Shown: one piece after another, positions 50,101-62,720 of the stretch | Position numbering within the stretch: the first letter of the stretch is position 1 | Layout of the letters: each line of letters begins with the position of its first letter | Assembly (NCBI GenBank): GCA_002269645.1 | Contig: NIVC01000955.1 | Location: 124,001-188,000, forward strand | Origin: Macrostomum lignano | Lineage: Eukaryota | Direction of reading: 5' to 3' | DNA: 64,000 nucleotides | Program-made: the position numbers and the translations under genes | Notes under the pieces: generated by a model | What the model was told of the DNA's origin: nothing | Seen by the model: only the letters and a program-made list of their open reading frames with translations | Database searches by the model: none

Positions 50101-50616
50101 CGGCTAATGTCTTACTGTCTCTTAACCTAGTCATGTATAATAGATTTTTTAGTAAATAATACGATATATTGAATCATAAACTATTCATATAAAAAGAAAA
50201 ATTATAGACAATGAATATTGGACTAGTGAAAAGCTTCTATTCTACATAGTATATACGTTACTATTCTGAGCTATATATTAAATAACTTTTTATAGCAAAA
50301 TCAAGCAAAGCCAAATGCTAAGACTTACAATGATCATGGGAGTAGACAAGAATATCCTTGGATACAAATATATCAACAAGTTTGTCATAACAAGCAGAGT
50401 GCTCGCCTAACCCATGGGCAATAAATAAAATTGCTCTAAAATGAGAAGTTTAAGTCAAATTAGATATTGTTAAGACAAGAGAAAAAAAAATACTCTCATA
50501 TAACTAGCATCTAAGTTCTCTTACCTTGCCTTCCTTCCTTCAGGCAGTAACCAACATCTTGTGTGTAGTGGTTCTTCATTAAAAGCAATACTAGCAAAGC
50601 TTTCTCGACCCTCCAT
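47141..50616 (-). CDS. MGLL: Monoglyceride lipase-like alpha/beta hydrolase, 5 exons, about 283 aa
   Basis: Exons 50525-50616, 50329-50435, 49515-49828, 47970-48245, 47141-47203; phases match. Motifs FIAHGLGEHS, HDHYGHGLS, GHSMGG (nucleophile), PDML (Asp), GHQLHYE (His). Confidence 0.88.
47285..47838. repeat. 21-bp minisatellite, MGLL-like intron 4
   Basis: Repeated GAGACACAACTGAGGACTAAT / GAGACACATCTGATGATCAAT. Confidence 0.95.
48365..49430. repeat. 24-bp minisatellite, MGLL-like intron 3
   Basis: Repeated GGGGAATTAAACGGTAGGCCTCTC. Confidence 0.95.
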
Positions 50617-52114
50617 TGATATATCTAATGATATTTTAGTCAATTTGGTGACGACTTTAAATATTTGCTTCGACAAAATTAAATGATTTAAATAAATGTT
50701 TAAATCATGTTGAATTTGCTTACAAAACTGTATGAAAAACTTACTGTCTATCTTACACTGAATGAACTGATTGCTAAGTTTAAATTTTAAGTAAAAAGAG
50801 CAGCAAATTATGGTTTTAAGATTAACTTAGCTTATTGTTGCTTTAAGTTGTTATTCTTAACTTGTAAAGCGCACTTTTTTAACTAGATAATTGACTGCCG
50901 GTTTTAAAAATAATAACTGTCAGTATCACTGTATCAGTACAGGGCCCTTTTCAAAACTAAAAAGCGTAGGTTAGACCCCAGTAAATATACGTATTAGACC
51001 TACTAGCTTAGTTTGGTTTTGCTTCATTAAAATGGATCTTTCATGTTATGATATTTGTTTTAGAAAACATGGCTTTTCTGACTGGTTTAAGCTTTAGGCC
51101 TAGATTAGGTTAGGCCTAGTAGAACTTGGATAGTAATTATTACCAAGAAACTTTTTTAAATTTTAACTTTTGCCATATTAGCTTGATTTTCTAGGGTAAT
51201 AAAGCCAAAAACTAAAAGCAAAGCAAAGTCAAGAGCCATTGTGCTACTGCTAGGCCTCATATTTATCTGAACTGTAGGCCTATAATAGTTTTGTAGTGTT
51301 CTACCATAATTAAGGCTATGGTTATGGCCTTATGGGGAAACTTAGGGCAACACTTTTTAGTAGAATTTGGTTATGGATTGTGGCTATAGAGATCTTGCCA
51401 AATGGTAGCTATGGTTATAGATTATAGAATTTATATCATCTTATATTGTCTTATCTTATAATAATATAAAGGCAATGCTTATCCCCACAGTACTATAGGA
51501 ATAATTTCTACTTAATCTATATAGCAAATAAGCAAGAAAGATAGTTGCACTCACTGTTGCTACAAAAACTGCTACATCTATTGCACCATTTATGCAGGCA
51601 CATTGTCTTAGTACAACAGCATGCCATGATGTCTAGTCCTTGGCCATTGCTAGCCAATTGCCTGCAGAACTTTTGGCAAGCAATTGGTCACATACTAGCA
51701 GGCGGTCATTGTGCACTATGTCACTAGTGGCATTGTAGGTAGCCACTAAGCTGCTGTAGGCCATGAAAACTACCACCATCTGCTTTGCAATGCTATGAGA
51801 TCACATTAGCTTTGTCATTGGCCTACCACCAATGGGCATCTACTATGCCAACTGCTGCTTTGACTTAGGGTTGTAATTGTGTACCCAGGTCTCATTGCCA
51901 CTTACAACCTTAGACAGTGAGTTTGAGCTACTATTATTGAACCTGTATAGCATTCCACCCTATGCTGCTTTTGTTCTTTAGTTAGGTAAAATGGGAGACC
52001 TATCATGCAGACAACACCTTGCTAAGGTATAGTTGTTTATGCAGGATTATGATGACACTTCCCAATGAGATACCCAGGATAGTGACTATCTTCTATATCA
52101 TCACTTGTGAATTG

Positions 52115-52470
52115 CTAGTAATGGCACCTGACCTGATTAGGTAGTTTTGCTAATATTGGCATTTGATTAAGTAGTTCAACTAATAATGGCACCTGATTGG
52201 GTAGTTCTACTAATAATAGCACCTGATTAGGTAGTTCTACTAATAATGGCACCTGATTAGGTAGTTCTACTAATAATGTCACCTGATTAGGTAGTTCTAC
52301 TAATAATAGCACCTGATTAGGTAGTTCTACTAATAATGGCACCTGATTAGGTAGTTCTACTAATAATGTCACCTGATTAGGTAGTTCTACTAATAATGGC
52401 ACCTGATTAGGTAGTTTCACTAGCTGTGGTATTTGATTAAGTGGCTTTTCTAGTGGCAGCACCTGATTGG
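52115..52470. repeat. 30-bp minisatellite
   Basis: Repeated TAATAATGGCACCTGATTAGGTAGTTCTAC. Confidence 0.93.
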
Positions 52471-52844
52471 TTGGTTCCTAATTGGTATACAACTAGCAGT
52501 ACCAACTTCTTGCAGCTTGCCTAGGGTTATACTTAGAATAAAGTTAAATATGTGTACATGATGTGTTTGAAAATACCATGCATGCAAATCTGAACCAATA
52601 AGTTATATCTACACTTTACTATATCTGGATATATTGCTAATTTGAAATTCCTATTTGACATTTTCAATGCTAACAAGCATAGTACAGCTTGATGCTGTCC
52701 CTAGTATACTTAGTTGGAATATACTATTTGAACTCTGGGCATACTTTGTAAAGAAATAATAACTCATCAATACTTAATTCCTTTGTCGGGTCCATAGACA
52801 TTCACATAGGTGTCACGCAAATTGCTCAAGAATGGCTACCCATA

Positions 52845-53035
52845 ATCAAAGTCAGCATACCATCATCAAAGTCAGTATACCAGAATCAAATTCAGAATAC
52901 TATAATCAAAATCAGAATACCATAATCAAAATCAGAATACCATAATCAAAGTCAGAATACCATAATCAAAGTCAGAATACCATAATCAAAGTCAGAATAC
53001 CATAATCAAAGTCAGAATACCATAATCAAAGTCAG
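52845..53035. repeat. 20-bp minisatellite
   Basis: Repeated CATAATCAAAGTCAGAATAC. Confidence 0.93.
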
Positions 53036-53294
53036 GATGGCAAAAAAGACTCAGGGTACCATTCTCAAAGTCAGGATTCTATGGCGTCTGTATTCCCATA
53101 TAGACCTATAATACCAGTACCACTGATCGATATGTACATTAGATCATGTACTTGTAAAGTTGGCTTGCGTGCCAAGTTAGATGGCCATTATATAGTTTTG
53201 CATGAAAACATGTAGAAAGCAGATGTAGAATACGAGAGTGAGCAGTGCACAACGCAGCTGCACATCTTACATACAGTACTCTAAACTTTGCTTC

Positions 53295-56200
53295 ATGGAC
53301 AGCGCCACCAGGTCCATGATACGGCAGCACCAGGCGGATTCGAACATGTCCGCAGAGGCAGACGCCGATTCGGGTCTCGGCACGCCAACAACGTCGAATT
53401 CCTTGATTGCCGACTCGCCAACAGCGTCGCCCTCGCCTCGATCGTCAATTTTAACAGGCAGAGGAGACGACGATTTTATTGACGAATTTGAAATGGAATT
53501 CGACGAGCAGCACCGGCGTCATCGTCGGATCCTTCAAGCTTGCTGTGGAAAACAACTGCCAGACGTTGAAGAAGACAGGACTCAGGAGAAGCAGCCCCAG
53601 AAGCAGCCGCAGCCGCTTCAGTCTCGAGCAACTCGACTGTCCCGGCCAGCTATGGCGGCGGCCAGCGTGCCGATGCGATGTCGACACCTGCCGCCGTCCA
53701 TCTGGATAGAGCCCAATGTGCCCATGTACAGTCCGGCCCTGCCGCCGCTGGATTTGGCTGGTGAGAAGGCTTGGCTTGATTGTTTCCTTTTTTCTGTGTG
53801 TTTGTAGCGGGGGATAGCTGGTAATTGAGAAAGACGGGTGAGAAAAGACAAAGGACAGGTGAGAAGTACCGGTAGATAAAGGGCAGGTGAGGAGATAAAG
53901 GACAGGTGAGAAAAGATAAAGGACAAGTGAGAAGTAGATAAATATCAGGTGAGAAGTAGATAAAGGACAGGTGAGAAGTAGATAAAAAGACAGGTGAGAA
54001 GTAGATAAAGGACAGGTGAGAAGTAGATAAAAAGACAGGTGAGAAGTAGATAAAGGACAGGTGAGAAGTAGATAAAGGATAGGTGAGAAGTAGATAAAGG
54101 ACAGGTGAGAAGTAGATAAAGGACAGGTGAGAAGTAGATAAAAAGACAGGTGAGAAGTAGATAAAGGACAGGTGAGAAGTAGATAAAAAGACACGTAAGA
54201 AGTAGATAGAGGACAGGTAAGAAGTAGATAAAGAACAGGTGGTGAAAAGTAACTAAAGGACTGGTGAGAAGTAACTAAAGGGCAGGTGTGAAGTAGATAA
54301 ATAAGAGTTGAGAATTAACTAAATGACAGGTGTGAAGTAGATAAATAAAAGGTGAGAAGTAACTTCAGGACAGATGAGAAGTAACTAAAAAACAGGTGAT
54401 AAATAACTAAAGAACATGTGAGAAGTAGCTAAAGAACAGGTGAGAAGTAGATAAAGAACATGTGAGAAGTAGCCAAAGGACAGGTGAGAAGTAACTAAAG
54501 AACAGATGAGAAGTAGATGGAGCAATGGACTAGTTGAGAAGGCTAAAAGACACGCGTATAGACAAGTGATTAACAAATCCGACATTCTCGCTACCCCCAA
54601 CGCAAGGCCATTTGCCCAAATCGCTAGCGGCTGCCGGTAAATCTTCGTCTAATTGCAAGTCGCCAACGTCGACCGCCGCCCCGGCCGGCTCCAGCACGGT
54701 GCTGGTCTGTTCGGCGTTCGATTCGGAGGACTCGCTCAGGCGCCTGTTCGATGTTGCCCCAGTGCGCGGTGGCGGCGGCGCCAGCGGCGGTGGATCTTCC
54801 ACATCTTCTGTGGCCGCTGCGAGACAGCTTGGAGCTGCTTTTAATCATAACGACTGGTGAGCATTTTTGGCTTGGAGAGTGTCAATCTCTTGGCATTTTG
54901 TTCACTTCCTGAAACTGTTTACACGTATATTGGAACTTATTTACGTCTTAGAACCTTTTCATTCACATCTCGGAGCTTCCTCATTCACATTTTGGGGCCT
55001 TTTTATTCACATTTCGGAGCTTCCTCATTCACATTTTAAGGGCCTTTTCATTCACATCTTAGAGCTTCCTCATTCACATTTTGGGGCCTTTACATTCAAA
55101 TCTCGGAGCTTCCTCATTCACATTTTGGGGCCTTTTTATTCACATTTCGGAGCTTCCTCATTCACATTTTAAGGGCCTTTTCATTCACATCTTAGAGCTT
55201 CCTCATTCACATTTTGGGGCCTTTACATTCAAATCTCGGAGCTTCCTCATTCACATTTTGGGGCCTTTTTATTCACATTTCGGAGCTTCCTCATTCACAT
55301 TTTAAGGGCCTTTTCATTCACATTTCGGAGCTTCCTCATTCACATTTTAAGGGCCTTTTCATTCACATCTCGGAGCTTCCTCATTCACATTTTGGGGCCT
55401 TTTCATTCACATCTTAGAGCTTCCTCATTCACATTTTGCGGCCTTTTCATTCACATCTTAGAGCTTCCTCATTCACATTTTGCGGCCTTTTCATTCACAT
55501 CTTAGAGCTTCCTCATTCACATTTTGCGGCCTTTTCATTCACATCTTAGAGCTTCCTCATTCACATTTTGCGGCCTTTTCATTCACATCTTATAGCTTCC
55601 TCATTCACATTTTGGGGCCTTTACATTCAAATCTCGGAGCTTCCTCATTCACATTTTGGGGCCTTTTCATTCACATCTTAGAGCTTCCTCATTCACATTT
55701 TGCGGCCTTTTCATTCACATCTTAGAGCTTCCTCATTCACATTTTGCGGCCTTTTCATTCACATCTTAGAGCTTCCTCATTCACATTTTGGGGCCTTTAC
55801 ATTCAAATCTCGGAGCTTCCTCATTCACATTTTGGGGCCTTTACATTCAAATCTCGGAGCTTCCTCATTCACATTTTGGGGCCTTTTTATTCACATTTCG
55901 GAGCTTCCTCATTCACATTTTAAGGGCCTTTTCATTCACATCTCGGAGCTTCCTCATTCACATTTTGGGGCCTTTACATTCAAATCTCGGAGCTTCCTCA
56001 TTCACATTTTGGGGCCTTTTTATTCACATTTCGGAGCTTCCTCATTCACATTTTAAGGGCCTTTTCATTCACATCTCGGAGCTTCCTCATTCACATTTTG
56101 AAGCCTCTTCATTCACATCTTAGAGCTTCCTCATTCACATTTTGAAGCCTCTTCATTCACATCTTGATGCTTCTTTCACATACTGGAACTTCAATCTTCA

Positions 56201-57533
56201 CATCTTGGAACCTTTTAATTCACATCTTGAAACTTCATAGATCAAAATAGTCATTGCTTCATTCACACCCTGGAGCTTCATTCACACCCTGGAGCTTCAT
56301 TTGCACCCTTGAGTTTCATTCACACCTGGAGCTTCATTCACATCTTAGCTGTCACATTTTGCAACTTAATTTACCACAGAGGAGGAGGTTCATAAATATT
56401 CTTCACACCCCGAAATTAGATGAATAAGATGTAGCTATCGTGAGCAACAGGCCATACCAAAGAATCTGAAATTAGCTCATATTTAAATTAGTTCGAGTAT
56501 TAAATTAACGCTCCAGACTTCCGGCCTATGTTTATACTTTGCATACGAATAACTAATTAGCTGAAGAGTTTGACAAAGCTTGCTTATTGAAGCAAAGCAT
56601 CAATGTCTGTACTATGTGTTACCTTTACCTTTCACAGACAAAGTCTGTATTTATGCATTGAATCTGTTTCAGTAACTGGGTATCCAATTTTGATAGTGTT
56701 GCGTTGCGTTCTTCGTTTTACAGTCAGTTGCTCGGGCCCCTAATAGTAAAACGTATTGAGATATATGACAGCTATGTTTTGGAGAATAGCATTCATTAAT
56801 AATAGCGCTAGTCTTCTTTCAGATCTTTCCTGCAATCTGGATCCTGGATTGTCTTTTCATTTTTATGCATACAACTTCCCTCCTTTCTGTTATGGCTTGT
56901 CATAGCTTTCTCATGGTGATTGGTCATCTCCTTCATGCTGATTGGTCATCTCCTTCATGCTGATTGGTCATCTCCTTCATGCTGATTGGTCATCTCCTTC
57001 ATGCTGATTGGTCATCCCCTTCATGCTGATTGGTCATCCCCTATGTGCTGATTGGTCATCCCCTATGTGCTGATTGGTCATCCATTTCATGCTGATTGGT
57101 CATCTCCTTCATGCTAATTGGTCATCCCCTTCATTTTGATTGGTCATCGCCCTCTCATAGTGTCATCCTCTTGTCAGTAATTTCCAATTGGTCATTTTTC
57201 TTCGAAGGATTTTGTATCAAAATAGATACTTCAGTTTCTAAAAAGCAGAACGCACTACTTATTAGCCAGTTTGACAGTAGTATCTAAGCAACACACTTCA
57301 CGCGCGCACCCAGCCTGACCGCTGCCGCTACTACGGCTGTTCCACCGCCCGCCTCAATTCGACGTCGCTTCGTCTGCGGCCGCGATCCCCGCCTGTCGGA
57401 CAACAGCATCTGCGGCCGCAGACTGCCGCCATTGGATCTGGCAGGTGGCGGCGCTACCGCCACAGCTGGACTCTCAGTTGCCAATAACAGCTCAGCTGCT
57501 CAATTGTTAGGCGAAGTTGCCTCATTGTTGTAA
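53295..57533 (+). CDS. Unrecognised low-complexity protein, 3 exons, about 311 aa
   Basis: Exons 53295-53760, 54607-54856, 57314-57533; GTGAG donors, phases 1 and 2 match, 936 nt open; GC-rich like the other exons; LPPLDLAG occurs twice with different codons. Confidence 0.65.
53845..54530. repeat. 22-bp minisatellite made of CAG|GTGAGA donor-like units, intron 1 of the + strand gene
   Basis: Repeated GGACAGGTGAGAAGTAGATAAA. Confidence 0.95.
54955..56345. repeat. About 22/44-bp higher-order minisatellite, intron 2 of the + strand gene
   Basis: Repeated GAGCTTCCTCATTCACATTTTGGGGCCTTTTCATTCACATCT. Confidence 0.95.
56915..57145. repeat. 22-bp minisatellite with ATTGG (reverse CCAAT) in every unit
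   Basis: Repeated TGCTGATTGGTCATCTCCTTCA. Confidence 0.93.
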
Positions 57534-57629
57534 TTCACTTCTGTACTTTTTATTTTATGTACTTTTTATATCGTTTTTTTATTATCTGTTTTGTTTACGT
57601 TATGGGGATGTGTAGCCATGAAGCAGACA

Positions 57630-58540
57630 GCATTCCCCCTGAATACCCAGCTGAGAGACAGCATCTCCCCCTGAATACCCAGCTGAGAGACAGCATCTCT
57701 TTCTGAATACCCCAGCTGAGAGACAGCAACTTCCCCTGAATACCCCCAGCTGAGAGACAGCATCTCTTTCTGAATACCCCAGCTGAGAGACAGCAACTTC
57801 CCCTGAATACCCCCAGCTGAGAGACAGCATCTCCCTCTGAATACCCCAGCTGAGAGACAGCATCTCCCTCTGAATACCCCCAGCTGAGAGACAGCATCTC
57901 CCTCTGAATACCCCCAGCTGAGAGACAGCAACTCCCCTGAATACCCCCCAGCTAAGAGACAGCATCTCCCTCTGAATACCCCAGCTGAGAGACAGCATCT
58001 CCCTCTGAATACCCCAGCTGAGAGACAGCATCTCCCTCTGAATACCCCAGCTGAGAGACAGCATCTCCCTCTGAATACCCCAGCTGAGAGACAGCATCTC
58101 CCTCTGAATACCCCAGCTGGGAGACAGCATCTCCCTCTGAATACCCCAGCTGAGAGACAGCATCTCCCTCTGAATACCCCCAGCTAAGAGACAGCATCTC
58201 CCTCTGAATACCCCAGCTGAGAGACAGCATCTCCCTCTGAATACCCCAGCTGAGAGACAGCATCTCCCTCTGAATACCCCCAGCTGAGAGACAGCAACTC
58301 CCCTGAATACCCCCCAGCTAAGAGACAGCATCTCCCCCTGAATACCCCTAGCTGAGAGACAGCATCTCCCTCTGAATACCCAGCTGAGAGACAGCATCTC
58401 CCCCTGAATACCCAGCTGAGAGACAGCAACTCCCCTGAATACCCCCCAGCTAAGAGACAGCATCTCCCTCTGAATACCCAGCTGAGAGACAGCATCTCCC
58501 CCTGAATACCCAGCTGAGAGACAGCATCTCCCCCTGAGTA
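57630..58540. repeat. 32-35-bp minisatellite just 3' of the + strand gene
   Basis: Repeated CCCAGCTGAGAGACAGCATCTCCCTCTGAATAC. Confidence 0.95.
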
Positions 58541-59339
58541 TCCTGCAGGTAGGTACCTTTTTCCTACTCCAGCTTAAGATAGCTACTTACCGAACCAAGG
58601 GCTAAGAGTACAAATCTATCAATAGATTGTTAAAAAATGGGTTTCACCATTCACATTCTCACACAGTAAAAGGCCTGACTCGTACGCGAATTCTTCCATG
58701 CATTGCACTTTTAATTTTTAATTACGCTCGTAATTAAAGATTTCCGTATCACTCGAGTTAAACAAAATGGAACTGGAATTCCTTAGGTAGCTAATTACTA
58801 TTAAATAATAATATTCATTGTAGTTTTTCTTGCATATTTTCTGCATGTCGAAATATATTGTGATAAGTTTGAAAAAACACAAAAATCTCTCGCAACATAT
58901 ATGTATATTGTTTGACAGAAGCCCAACATTGTCAGATTTGAATTGTTGTGATACCATGAGATAACTACATTCCATAGTATCAATGCCTTTGCGCATTATC
59001 TCCGTCTTGAGTTGCTTTTTTTTCTCATGAGAACCGTCCTCTTTGGCTTTTGCATATGATTCTGTGTAATTTAGATTTTTGAGTTCGATTTTTTAGCGTC
59101 TCATTTGTCGCCCTAGGCCCCGTCCATTCTGATGTTTTTGAACTGTGTTCACATATATAAATTTTCAATTGTCATTCGTTTGCAATGCTCTTTTAGTAGA
59201 CTTGCGTCCATTCTGTTTCTCTCAGTTTTTTAACTTCCACTCCGTCCAGAAGAGACTTTTTTGTCTTCTTCTGTGCTTACTTTGACTTTTAATTTCGCAA
59301 GAATGTTTGGGCATAGCGTTGGGCGTGTGTTAATGTAGG

Positions 59340-59585
59340 GGGTGGGTTAGTGTACATCTAGGGGATGGGTTAGTGTACATCTAGCGGATGGGTTAGTGTA
59401 CATCTAGCGGATGGGTTAGTGTACATCTAGCGGATGGGTTAGTGTACATCTAGCGGATGGGTTAGTGTACATCTAGCGGATGGGTTAGTGTACATCTAGC
59501 GGATGGGTTAGTGTACATCTAGGGGTGGGTTAGTGTACATCTAGGGGTGGGTTAGTGTACATCTAGGGGTAGGTTAGTGTACATT
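59340..59585. repeat. 23-bp minisatellite
   Basis: Repeated GGGTTAGTGTACATCTAGCGGAT. Confidence 0.93.
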
Positions 59586-60829
59586 TTAGTGGTTGGTTGG
59601 TGTACACTTAGCCGGTTGTTGTACATTTGTGGTGATATGTAGGGTAGCCTAAGGCATAGTTCTTAATTAATTTCTTAAGCAACTTCACATCAGTACTGAT
59701 ATCCGTATAATGACAGTAGTTATATTAGTAGCTATTAATGCTCGCGCTTACTTCTTAGGGTCCATTTTGCACCCACAGAAATGCTCGTAGTCAAAAATTA
59801 AACCAGGCTTTTGTCCTGTGTCCGAGACTTAAATAAAACAATTGATTGTATTTACTTAATTGTAATAGATCGCGTACATTCCTACTTTATTATCATCATC
59901 AACATTCCGTGCCATTTTTGGGCAGATATCGCCGTCCCCTCTTTTTTCTATTCCCGTCATTTCCTATACTACTATAAGTAGCTAGTACCATTTTTATAGT
60001 TCGATTCATGTTTTGCACGTCGGTCTTCATGAAATTCGTTACATTCTTGCTCGGGCTGTGTCCTCAATTGTTTTTAACTAGACTTCTCGCCAACCTGTTT
60101 CAAAGGCTGCTATTAAGCGCATAAAAACAGTGCATTGCCATTGTCTGCGCATCTGCATTAACAATGTGCTTTTCTGTCTGATCTCCATAGACATCAAATA
60201 TATTGTTGAAACTAACCGCCTGTGCACACGGCTCCACAGGCGGGAGCTGTGCATGCGTGTGGCGTCCTTGTGTAGTAGTTTAACGATATATAACTATATA
60301 ATATAAATCGTTGTAATTGGCGACCAACTTATGCACCATTTAGTCATTTTTTAGACATCATTTGAAGCTGGTTCGATGTGATTTTATACAAGTTTATTGA
60401 CCAAGAATTTTGGTCTGTACTTGTCAGTTGCCGTGGTGAAATGTCATATACTCGTATTGGTCAATCCTAACAGAAGATACTGCAAGCATCGAGTTAATAA
60501 GATTGGTGTTTTAAACAGATTTTAAAGAGTTGATTTGTCATTAATGTGTGCAATATGCGTTTTTAGAATTAAAAAACTAGCTGTGTCGCTTATCAAATTG
60601 TCGTCAACAGTTGGTAACTTTCAAAACCTTTACATGTAAGGTACATGTAGGGAAATCTAAATTATTTCCGTGGAAGATGTTTAAATGTTCATTTCAGTAT
60701 AGAAATATTCGTCTCAGAAAGCAAATGTATATCGCGAACAAAGCAAAAAGCAGTACTCGTAGTATCGTTTTTGACGATCTAAATGGTATTTTTGACAATC
60801 AAACAGGACGGCTGTTTGGTAATACACAA

Positions 60830-61359
60830 CCATAGAATGTGGAATGGACAATAAATGGGGAAAAGTCATTCAAAACGGGAATTCGGCCAATTTAATGTAT
60901 TTTTATATCTCCGGGCCACTGGAGTATTTAAAAGTGAGCAAAGTGTCCGTTACCGGACGCAAAACAAAAGTAACTCAGAACCCCTTGAGCGTCAGGAAAG
61001 GATTTTCATCGAGTTTCTCAACCAAGAATTCTCATTTCCTGACCGGCCTTGTGCAATCCTTCCTTCCGACCTCCGCGAGGAAGGGATTCTGCACTCTGCC
61101 ATAGAGTCGAAAGTTGGCAGCGATTCGGAATGCGGTAGTTTTATTGATTTGCAAGATTCTTGCAGCTTCCTGCGACGGAGGACCCTTGTTCAATCTCATC
61201 AATCAGCCGCTGGCGATCTGCTACAGGAATTGTTAGCGCCATTGAATTGGGGTCGCCTTCAGGCCAAAGACGAGCAAACAGAGAGCTATAAAATCTCAGT
61301 CCGATTCCCGTTTTGAATGGCTTTTTCCCATATTGAATGTCCAAAGTTATAGTCTATGG
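60830..61359. mobile_element. About 530-bp element with about 60-bp imperfect TIRs beginning CCATAGA; a second small CCATAGACA-ended element at 61563-61659
   Basis: Left CCATAGAATGTGGAATGGACAATAAATGGGGAAAAGTCATTCAAAACGGGAATTCGG; right end reverse complement CCATAGACTATAACTTTGGACATTCAATATGGGAAAAAGCCATTCAAAACGGGAATCGG. Confidence 0.7.
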
Positions 61360-62634
61360 CCAAGCCTCCCTCAGTAGACGTATAAGTTCTTTCCGTTTCT
61401 TCCCTTCTTTGGCCCGAATTCCTCGGCTGAGGAGCTCGTTTCTTGGCCGAGGCCTAGAAGCGAGCTCGTAGCCGGGGACTTTGGGCCATAGACAGAAAGA
61501 AACGGAAAGAACTTATTTTTTACAAACTTGGACCGGGCCAAAGAAATGAAAAAAGCATTGAACCATAGACAGACACGGCCCAGCCAAGTGGGGAAGAATT
61601 TGCTAAACTGCTTAAATCCATGACTAGGGTGTGATGTGGCCTGGCTTGAATGTCTATGGCGTCCCGTTTTAATTGTCGAAATTTCCATTTAGATCTTATA
61701 GATCTAATCACTGTGGATCAAATAAATCTTATAGAAAATTATTTCACCCACGATTTAGTGAGGTCTAAATAAAGTACGGGAGCCTGAGTTGCATGTATTT
61801 GATATTCCTTCATCTATGTTTTCAAGTGCGTAAAATATCCTAGACCGAGTACGAGTTGTAAAACTGCAAAGGTTTCAACCATATAGACAATCGCTTATTG
61901 CATGTCTTTGAATCGGAAGGCAGCGAAGGAGAAAGTAAGAAAATAACAAGACTGAAGAGAAAATAGACCAGTGCAATGAACTAAGAAATAAACAGGCAAG
62001 TCGAGCCAAAATACACAGCCTGTGCATTTAAGCATTATATCCCAACTAAAGGTAAAAAATGAAATTATCATTGCACAAAAAGCATTAGTTCTTCAGTAAT
62101 ATAGGAAAAACTTGTCTTACAAGTAGCCAATAATTGTATTTATTATTACCTTAAGCAGCTTAACTACGCAAACAGCAAATTTAGTAATAAAAAAAACAGA
62201 CAAAGCCAAGGCTATAAGATGATGCAGCATGATAATTTGCCCATGGCAACGCAGAACAAGCAGCGCGCGAGGCTATTATATACTACTTGCAAATTTCCAA
62301 TTTCTTCAGTAGCGTGCGAAAGGAATTAATTAATAAAACAGACAAATTCTAAACTCTTCATACGGGTGGGTCTTCTAAGCAAAAAATACCTAGAAGAAAT
62401 AATTTAAAAACAGAAAAAAATTAATGGGACACCACGGGTGCAAACTGGCTTAATCTGCGATATAGGTTCTAGAACTTGACTGGCTATGATAAACAGTCCT
62501 TGTGGTTTTTTAATTTTGCTTATAAATAATTCCATTAAGAATAATGGATAATAAATTGAAAGTTGAAGTTGAGACAACCATTGGATTCAAAGTGTGTTTG
62601 TAGCGAGATAAGTCTGTACAATAAAACTGACTGA

Positions 62635-62720
62635 CAGACATGTAGACAGACAGACAGACAGACAGACAGACACTAAGACACTAAGACAGACCTCAAAGAC
62701 AGACAGGCACAGACAGGCAG
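62635..62720. repeat. (GACA)n microsatellite, degenerate
   Basis: Direct reading. Confidence 0.85.

Noticed and set aside
59340-59585. Interstitial telomeric repeat
   Set aside because: GGGTTAG is only part of a 23-bp unit; there is no (TTAGGG)n run.
60855-61316. 153-aa ORF as a transposase
   Set aside because: No DDE or DNA-binding motif recognised; it starts within the TIR and is likely incidental.
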